Under the pieces are notes generated by a model. The model had not been told where the DNA came from. It ran no database searches and saw only the letters and a program-made list of their open reading frames with translations. Below, piece after piece: positions 24,468 to 32,465 of a stretch of 32,465 nt of DNA. Source of the DNA: Octopus bimaculoides (taxonomy: Eukaryota). Numbering within the stretch: the stretch's first letter is position 1; every line of letters starts with the position of its first letter. The stretch spans positions 37,004,183 to 37,036,647 of the forward strand of contig NC_068987.1 of assembly GCF_001194135.2 (NCBI RefSeq). The letters run 5' to 3'. The position numbers and the translations under genes are program-made.

Positions 24468-25611
24468 TGTTTGTTCTCGATCAACACTCCTTGTAGTGAA
24501 AAACTATATTCACTATTGCTCAGTAATGTTGCAGTCTTTCGTGTAACATGGCTTGAAGCTGAAACAGAAATCCTTTTACTGTCTACAATATTATCCTATC
24601 ATTCGAACTTGTCAAATTCAACCATCAGTGATAATAGAAGATGTATTTCCATATTGTATTTTCAATGGTATGAAACAAACTGTGCCAATTTGTTCTGTAT
24701 TATGTATTCTACATTGATTGAATCTATATTTTCTACAAACATTTCCAAACAGCCTCAGTCTCATCTACTGATTGTTGTGTGAATAATAATGACATTTTTA
24801 TTGTCGAGTTTTTGTTGTAAGCAACAAAAATGATGGGATTTATGCTATAACCGACAAAATTGTAATTGTCAGATAATTTTTATTTTTATTTTTCGTTAAT
24901 TCCAAGTAATTTTCATTGAGTGACAACTCACTGTTCGTAGTTCATTACAAGAGCGATGTGTCTGTGTGCTCATTTTTAGTTTATATTTTGCTCTTAATAA
25001 CGTTTTCGTAACTAATCTTCAAGATGTTTGTGGAATTATAAGTAGGAATGTTACGTTATAAAGTAAGTTTTTATTTTCTATCTAGTTTCATTTTGTGTTC
25101 GCTGTTTTAATATGATGCAATGACATTCTTGCGATTTTTGCCGTCACTCTCACCTCTTTTTTTTGTATATTTACCATTTATATATAATTAGATATTTCCT
25201 TTACAATCTTAAACTTTCTTACACACTCACGTCTATAAACTTCTTTTCTTTTACATTTACCTACATGTGTGAGTGTTTGTGTTTTCTCATACGCATATTT
25301 ATACCATTTCTTTCCTTCTTTCTCCTAACAAGCAGATACCCTATTTCAACCGCATTGACAGTTATATTGTCAAGGAATAAAGTCTTCTGTTCAGTTATAT
25401 TATCCAAACGAAGCTAGACGTCATATATTCAAATCAGTCCACTAGTTGCATTTTTAAAATCCTATTTAAATTCTGTTTTACATAATCGTCCAGCAAACAT
25501 GGCGAAACGATTTGCGAAGTGTCAGTTTCTAATAAAATGCATTATACATACATACTTACATTCATACATACATGTACATACACAGATTTTGCTATATATA
25601 TATATATATAT

Positions 25612-25815
25612 NNNNNNNNNNNNNNNNNNNNNNNNNNNNNNNNNNNNNNNNNNNNNNNNNNNNNNNNNNNNNNNNNNNNNNNNNNNNNNNNNNNNNNNNN
25701 NNNNNNNNNNNNNNNNNNNNNNNNNNNNNNNNNNNNNNNNNNNNNNNNNNNNNNNNNNNNNNNNNNNNNNNNNNNNNNNNNNNNNNNNNNNNNNNNNNNN
25801 NNNNNNNNNNNNNNN
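25612..25815. other. Assembly gap (N run) within (TA)n
   Basis: N run with (TA)n on both sides. Confidence 1.
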
Positions 25816-25836
25816 ATATATATATATATATATATA

Positions 25837-26090
25837 ACGAGGGGACTAGACGCAATATAAAACCGAAAAGGAAAACTTCAGTTGTCACTAATAGTGACTG
25901 AGGGTGCAGGGTAGCACTTACATAGCTAGAAACAAAAGTTAAAGACCCTTATACCCACAAAAGAACATTGTCGATGTAGTGACAGGGGGATAACCGCCCC
26001 GCAGCGAGTGAGGTCACAATACTAGCGAGCTAGTTTCGCTTGAAATTAAAGCTCATCAGTAGTGATTACTCCATCGCTCACGGTTAAGCT
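25837..26090 (-). mobile_element. About 253-bp HHR-carrying element (retrozyme-like monomer) embedded in (TA)n
   Basis: GC-richer island bounded by (TA)n at 25816-25836 and 26091-26100; carries an intact HHR; GTCACTA-A-TAGTGAC hairpin near 25884-25898. Confidence 0.75.
26014..26065 (-). ncRNA. Type I hammerhead ribozyme, intact core
   Basis: TCACTA CTGATGA GCTT taatttc AAGC GAAA CTAG ctcg CTAG TA TTGTGA; GUA cleavage predicted between 26020 and 26019; stem I 5/6 bp, extendable by GAG/CTC, AGCGA/TCGCT and TAACCG/CGGTTA. Confidence 0.93.
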
Positions 26091-26365
26091 ATATATATAT
26101 GAAACTTTAGTGAGTCCGCTCTTTTCTCCCTCTTGCTTATATTTAAAAGAACTTCCCAGTGCTTCGAAGTTTTGTCAAAGACGAACACTTATTAAACTGG
26201 TTGTTTTGTTTTTCTGCTAGACTTCGAAATAAAAATAATCCTTCTTTTTTTTAATAAATAGTTTACTGTATTGAGTCCTTTCTTCAATAAATTTTGGTTG
26301 TTTTTATTCATTAAGAATACATCATTATTATCGTCGTCATCGTTGTTGTTGTTGTTGTTGTTATG

Positions 26366-26585
26366 AAGGCAGTTTGCTGGCAGAATCTTAGCACGCCGAG
26401 CAAAATGCTTAGTGGCATTTCATCCATCCTTACGTTTTTAAGGCATTTTGTCCGTCTTTACGTTTTGAGTTCAAATGCCACCGCGGTCGACTTTGTCTTT
26501 CATCTTTTCGGAGTCGATAAAATAATTACCAGTTGAGCACCGGGGTCGACGAGCACTGGACTTATGCCAAAATTTGAAACCGTGA
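26366..26585 (+). mobile_element. SINE family B with internal 28-bp tandem duplication and (ATT)n tail
   Basis: GCTGGCAGAATCTTAGCACGCCG head, GAGTTCAAAT, GGTCGACTTTGTCTTTCATCTTTTCGGAGTCGATAAAATAATTACCAGT core; duplication 26414-26469. Confidence 0.85.
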
Positions 26586-26624
26586 TTATTATTATTATTA
26601 TCATTATTATTATTATTATTACTA

Positions 26625-26689
<65 letters not shown>

Positions 26690-26760
26690 GTGGTTGTTGT
26701 TGTTACCATGATCATTATAATCGTTATCATTATCATCATCATCATCATAATTATTACCAT
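26585..26760. repeat. (ATT)n/(GTT)n/(ATC)n tract (expanded SINE tail)
   Basis: Direct reading. Confidence 0.9.
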
Positions 26761-28631
26761 GATAACCCTTCCCATGTCTCTCAGTGTTAATAATACATTT
26801 CTTTGACAAAACCCTTTCTTTCTCTAACACAAACACTCTTTAACTCACTTTTCCTCTCCCCAAATATCTTTATCTGTGCCACTCATTTGTTCTTCCTTTA
26901 AAAATCTTTTTAAATGCTTAATTTTCTATTTTTGACTGTTTTTTAAATTCTAAAACAATTCTTGCTTGAGATTATCCTTGCCTGCAAATATTGTAACTTT
27001 TACTCTGCACAACTATATAGCGATTCATTTTATTCACCTTTATTTTACTCATTACTAATATTTATCTTGTTTTCGAAAACTGTCAATCTTATTATCTAAC
27101 AGAGTTCCTTAATTTTGAAATGCCACAACCCCTGCCCAATCAACTTAAAATGTTTATTTGATTATTCGCCAAATAATACTTATTGTATAACTATAGAGAA
27201 GCCATTGCTATTCCAAAAGCTGACTTCTATCTGATAATCGGTTTCGTGTGGAGCTTTTCAGCTTCAATAAAACATTTTACTCAACCATTGGTATTCGAGC
27301 ACTGTTTTCTTTATGTTGTTTTACGCCTACGTGTTCACACATGTCTCTTTTTGTCTTTCTTTCTTTCTCCCTCTCTCTCTCTCTCTCACTCCTAGTATAT
27401 TATATATATATATATATGTTTGCGTATGTGTGTATATATATATATATATATGTGTGTCTCTGTGTGTGTATGTATGTATGCATGCATGTCTTATGTATGT
27501 TTATTATAAATTTTCAATGTGTCCATGCAGTTTAATCTTCTTTAACTTGATAATCCTCTTCCGACAGTCTTCGTTGATCAACAAAGATTAAGATTTTACA
27601 AGAAAAAACAAACAAGATAAACCAGAATTGATTTGATACTTTTCTCTTGATTATATATCAATGTATTTAATACAGAAATAGTATTTCTGTCCAGAATTTA
27701 ACCAAATTTCAATGCTGTCTTCTGTTTGTGTCGTTTTGTTTGGCTTTTGTTTCTTACGATATAGTAACTTTTTCCATTGATTTTATTCACTGATATAGAG
27801 TCATCTTCCGCATTCTAATCATAGTCGTTAAAAACAATACTGCAGTGGAGATGAACCCCTTTTATTCCACATTTAGAAAATGAATCTTCTTCTCATGCAA
27901 GACTTGATTGTTAGGATTACTGACTAAATAGAACTTGAACTCCATATATCAAAAATGTTATATTGCCGGGATAAATATTTGACCCAATATTAATTTAAAA
28001 TTGATGAATAGAAGCAATTGAATGTTTTCTATATATAAGTGGTCGATATGGTGTCGATAATTGTTTAAAAGAAAAAAATAGAAATAAATTTTAAAATTTC
28101 AGAATTTGTATTTCCTGGTTTAGAATTAGTACAACAAAAGAAGCTTAAATCAGAATTAAGATTTAACATTTCTATAAAAACGAAAAATATTTTCTCCAGA
28201 ATATGTTGATTATTATTCTGTTCAAATATTCGCCTTCTAGCAAAAATAATTTCTGAAATATGGCCATGCAGTTTAAAGAAAAATGACATAAGTACTTCAT
28301 TCAGCATACGACATGTTCAGTGGAGATGGGGCAGATACTTAATATTTTAATAACTTGCAGCAGTAGCCAAAATTTGAAAGGCAAATATTAAAAGAAAAGC
28401 ATTATTCTATTTTGCTTAGTAATCAACTGGTTAAATAAATTAGATTTCTATTTTCTGAAGTTCCTGAAGTTTTAGGGCGAACAGTGAAGCAGGCAAACAG
28501 ACAGACTTTAAAAATTAACTGTCGCACCTAACCTTTGCTGACGCCATATATTATGTAGAAAATTAATGATAGGGTTGCACAATATTGGGAACCTTCTATC
28601 ATATTCTATCATAAAATCTGTTTTAAGTGGA

Positions 28632-28765
28632 AATCAATGGCTTAAGTTTTCTAATAAAGTAGCTATCTCACTTTGTTTCTGAATGTCCGAGGAAGTGGAC
28701 GCTTTCTCAAGTTCATGAAACTAAGTAACAAGAAGAGTTAAGTCACCCACTTAATATATTAACGC

Positions 28766-28813
<48 letters not shown>
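28632..28813 (+). repeat. Direct repeat copy 1 (136 bp unique plus (GT)n)
   Basis: 28632-28767 reads identically to 32296-32431. Confidence 0.95.
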
Positions 28814-28819
<6 letters not shown>

Positions 28820-28989
28820 AAGTGTACGTGTGTGCGTTTTTGGAGGTGAATGCGCGTGTGTTTATGCAAAAAAAGATGAGCTCTTCAGGAAGAGCTCATC
28901 TCTTATTTAAATTCCAACTCTTTGATTACACTCTATTGAAAACAACCTGTTTGTAAACAACCGAAAGTGAACCATAACATCATAAACAT

Positions 28990-29280
28990 CAAAGTACAGC
29001 ATTCACATTTGGATGAGCACTACAATTATATTGAACATGATGAAAATATCAGATATGATTGACTCGTTAATAAAAGCAAGGTGAGATATGAATACCTCAT
29101 GAAAATAAAGAAAATAGTCTTTAGAACTCTCAGTCGACAACAAGTATAACACTTACAACAGCTTTGCAATACCTGTCCTGGCCTTTACATATAACCTTTT
29201 GCACTGGTCACTGCATGAACTTCATGAAGTGGGTAAAAGAACTTGGAAACTGTTCAATCTTACTAGGAATTTTCGGCATC
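28990..29280 (+). pseudogene. R4/Dong-like (RLE-type) non-LTR RT C-terminal fragment
   Basis: HLDEHYNYIEHDENI..KSKVRYEYLMKIKKI..NKYNTYNSFAIPVLAFTYNLLHWSLHELHEVGKRTWKL, matching the YKYLG..NK..AIN.FAIPV..Y.F.II.W...EL..ID..TRK pattern; frameshifted. Confidence 0.75.
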
Positions 29281-29482
29281 GGTGGGGATGTATGTAGATT
29301 AAAAGAGGGAGTCATGTATCAACATCCTACAAACCGCTGATTGTAACAGAAAAACATCATCTCCAATTGATAAAAAGATCATCGACTATCTCACTCAAGT
29401 TTGCGTGCACCGAAATGAAAATTACATTGGAATTTGAGGAAAGATATAAAAGAAAAGACACAGATCTCTTTCCAGGGAACAT

Positions 29483-29488
29483 AGCAGG

Positions 29489-29549
<61 letters not shown>
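29483..29549. repeat. (TA)n microsatellite
   Basis: Direct reading. Confidence 0.97.
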
Positions 29550-29553
<4 letters not shown>

Positions 29554-29799
29554 CACAAATTAGCTCATTTACATTTCATTTATAATCATACTCACATATG
29601 CATATATATATATACATACTCACATACACATATATATACTCATACATAACATGTACACACAAAACTACATGCACATACATAAATACTTATACACCCATGT
29701 ACATAGACATGCATACATATACATACACGCAAATACACACATATTCACAGACACGCACATGCACACACACACACACACACACACAGATTTACATATTTA

Positions 29800-30595
29800 C
29801 ACATGGTTCCAAATACCATTATCAAGTCCATAGACGGCATGATTTCGTCATGGACCAACATTCTGAAGATAAAAATAGTATTAACTCAATTACCACTGAT
29901 AGGCTACAGTATTCCAGAGATATATTTGAAGGAAATATTCTCTCTATTATGCTGTTTAAAGAGACAGTCTCTCAATGATTCTATTTAAAGGGGTAGTCTC
30001 TCAGGGATGTTATTTAAAGGGACTGTCTTTCAATGATACTGTTTATTCTTTCAGTAAATTTTAGTCTTTTCTATAAGGATGTGCGATTAATTCACAAGGC
30101 GAGAGACTCGCTGACCTAACACATTACTTTTTCGCGGAGGATCTAAAAATGTATTGCAAAAATATGAATAGTATGAAGTAAAGCCTTGGCCTCGTTACAA
30201 CATTCTCAAAAGATATAGTGACAGAGTTTGACCAGGATAAATGTGCTTACATGGCTGTAAGACTGCAAGCTCATTTAGCCAAATTTTTATTAATGGCCTG
30301 AAAATTCATCCGATATATGTTGGTACTTAGGAATAAATGAAAATATTTCCAATGATGAAACCTGTAACAAGAAACAAGTAACTCAGGATAAATATCACAT
30401 CAGGATGAATATCAGATCAATAGCTCACGATGTGTTCGCTACCACAACACTCATGCCAAAGTTTGGGCTACTCGATTGGACACTGGATGAGATCCGAACT
30501 GCTGATGTTAGAACTCAAATATTGTTACCCTATACAAGGAATTTACACACCAACAGTGACATAGACTGCCTCTACTAAAGATAAAAAGAAAGGCA
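29800..30595 (+). pseudogene. R4/Dong-like non-LTR RT fragment (motifs 3-7), decayed
   Basis: YSRDIFEGNILSIMLF (about GIFQGDSLS..LF), LTHYFFAEDLKMY (about THL.FVDDLKLY), VTTFSKDI..EFDQDKCAY, YLGINENI, FGLLDWTLDEIRTADVRT..NSDIDCLY. Confidence 0.8.
29925..30041. repeat. Four 29-30-bp tandem units derived from the RT 'FQGDSLSVIL' codons
   Basis: Units start at 29925, 29955, 29984 and 30013 (TTT[A/G]AAGGGACAGTCTCTCAATGAT..). Confidence 0.8.
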
Positions 30596-30619
30596 CTTGA
30601 GGTTCCCCATCTATTCAAT

Positions 30620-31870
30620 CAGCCCTTGAATATCTCTGCAAGTACATTCAATCTTATATTTAAGATTTTTTCACGTTGGTATCGAAAGTTTTCTTCTTGA
30701 AGTCCCGAAATTTTGCTACCAATTTTTCAAAAGTCTGTGACCTTGAAATCAGAATCACCATGAACGCTAGGAAACCACTTATGCTTCATGTGGATTCCTA
30801 CTGGGTCAAAAAAAAGGATGACACACTATTCGATGAATTCATGGGAATTTATAATGGGGATGAGGTCGCTGAGTTCATAGGGATCTTCATACTGGATATG
30901 CTAAAAAAAATGTACACACATCCCCTACACACAGTTTGTCCTATACAGGGATGATGGCTAGGTCATATCAAGCCATATAGCAGCCACGATGTGGAAAATT
31001 TTGAGAGAACTGTATTAGCCTCTTGAAAGAGTCCATCGTATCTATAATAGTCACTTTGCAAAGGCCGACTCCCTAGATGTTACCCGAGACCTTGATACGA
31101 ATTATTACAATCCCGAGAGAAAAAAAACGAGAAAACGCTCTATATTCATAAACACTCCAGTCACCCTTCGTCTATAATAGAAATTTGGTTGCAAGTATCA
31201 GCAGAAAAATCTCCAACCTATCGACAGTTGATTTAGGCTAAGTTAATATATACGGAAAATCACCACCTGCCTGCCGCCAAAAAGAGACCTTAAGAAAATT
31301 AGAAAGAGAAGCATAATCTGTTGTAATCTAGTCAATCTAGATACTTCTACAAATGTAGCCAGAAGCTTCCTCAACTTTGGCAACATTTCCCTAGAACCCA
31401 TAGATACGATAAATATTTGTAATCCCCATAACTTTGAAGTAAGCTATTTACATTTAGCTAACGTAGCTTCGAGCATCACATGCTATAATAGACACAAACA
31501 TGCATCCACATAATCTCCATCCCACAATTCCATCTGCAATTGCCGAAATTCTATCAACAGTCAATTGGGAGGAACCTACCTATAGAAAGCTATGGTCCAT
31601 TCTCACGCTGCTCGATGTTATTACGTGACACTATGCGAGTATGACGGCCAACGACTTCAAATCGAGATACTCGCAGCGTATGCACTCCTCCATCTGAAGA
31701 CTCTGAGACCCTCTGCTCAGCATTAAACGGACTATACTCGACAGGGACCTATCTTATTTGCCCAGAGCTCGTAATTACCAACTCTGACACCGTGAAAAAC
31801 TGCACATATTTCAACATCCAGCAGAGACAATTAACAGATAAATATATCACATTGTCATAGGAGATATGCA
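30620..31870 (+). mobile_element. Penelope-like element: RT core plus GIY-YIG endonuclease, decayed
   Basis: FMGIYNGDEVAEFIGIFIL (about TMGSYDGAEVCEL.G..IL), LYRDDG at 30941-30958, LDVTRDL..LYIHKHSSHPSSII, CNCRN at 31535, YASMTANDFKSRYSQRMHS (about YIG.T..FK.RY..H..S); stops and frameshifts. Confidence 0.88.
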
Positions 31871-32295
31871 TTTTTTTTAGGTATTTCAAATCCTTGACCC
31901 TCTGGTAATCTCGATATTCTACTCTAGACCGGGCTCTTTTATGTATGCTACCTACAAATATTACCGCCTTCCATCCCTGCGACTCAATTATTCATCAGAT
32001 ACACCTTTACATAACTGTGCCCAGTACCACACATCGGTGACTAAGTGACATTAACATCTCACATGTGGTGTGCCTTCGCCTACTGCCTGTTGTCATCAAG
32101 TTATCACTATATCTGCTAAACTCCCTCATTTTATAATAAAGAAGCCATTACTTGTCTTAAACACTGGTGTCGCTGTTGCGCCGAATACCACGCATCGATG
32201 ACTGACATCACCATGCCACCTGTTTTAACACGTGGTGGGCTTCCTTCCAGTCTCTGCTGTTGCTGAGTTACCACTATACCAACGATACTCAAACT

Positions 32296-32429
32296 AATCA
32301 ATGGCTTAAGTTTTCTAATAAAGTAGCTATCTCACTTTGTTTCTGAATGTCCGAGGAAGTGGACGCTTTCTCAAGTTCATGAAACTAAGTAACAAGAAGA
32401 GTTAAGTCACCCACTTAATATATTAACGC

Positions 32430-32465
<36 letters not shown>
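32296..32465 (+). repeat. Direct repeat copy 2, running off the window in (GT)n
   Basis: Reads identically to 28632-28801; offset 3664 bp. Confidence 0.95.

Noticed and set aside
25410-25510. GACGTCA and AACATGGCG (CRE/YY1-like) promoter motifs
   Set aside because: Isolated short motifs in AT-rich DNA with no associated exon.
28065-28307. 80-aa minus-strand ORF
   Set aside because: Low-complexity AT-rich translation with no motif I recognise.

Overview
AT-rich, repeat-dense eukaryotic non-coding DNA with five N-gaps. The repeat content suggests a coleoid cephalopod, probably Octopus (inference). I cannot support any host protein-coding exon; nearly all listed ORFs are microsatellite or gap artefacts. 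The recognisable coding remnants are all dead transposons: a Helitron PIF1-type helicase (-), an RTE LINE with APE and partial RT (-), a CR1/L2-like LINE 3' end (+), two R4/Dong-like RT fragments (+) and a Penelope-like RT plus GIY-YIG element (+). There are also about 11 tRNA-derived SINE copies and two decayed minisatellites. The main hidden signal is a set of small hammerhead-ribozyme (HHR) elements next to (TA)n tracts. Two are complete type I HHRs (21193-21258 and 26014-26065, minus strand). The first lies in a retrozyme-like unit with HHR-bearing terminal repeats 484 nt apart and a Penelope-type inverted 5' extension. At 782-842 all HHR core nucleotides and strong stems I and III are present, but in a strand order that matches none of types I-III (a candidate pseudoknotted, permuted hammerhead). 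All pairings were read by eye; nothing was folded or searched computationally.
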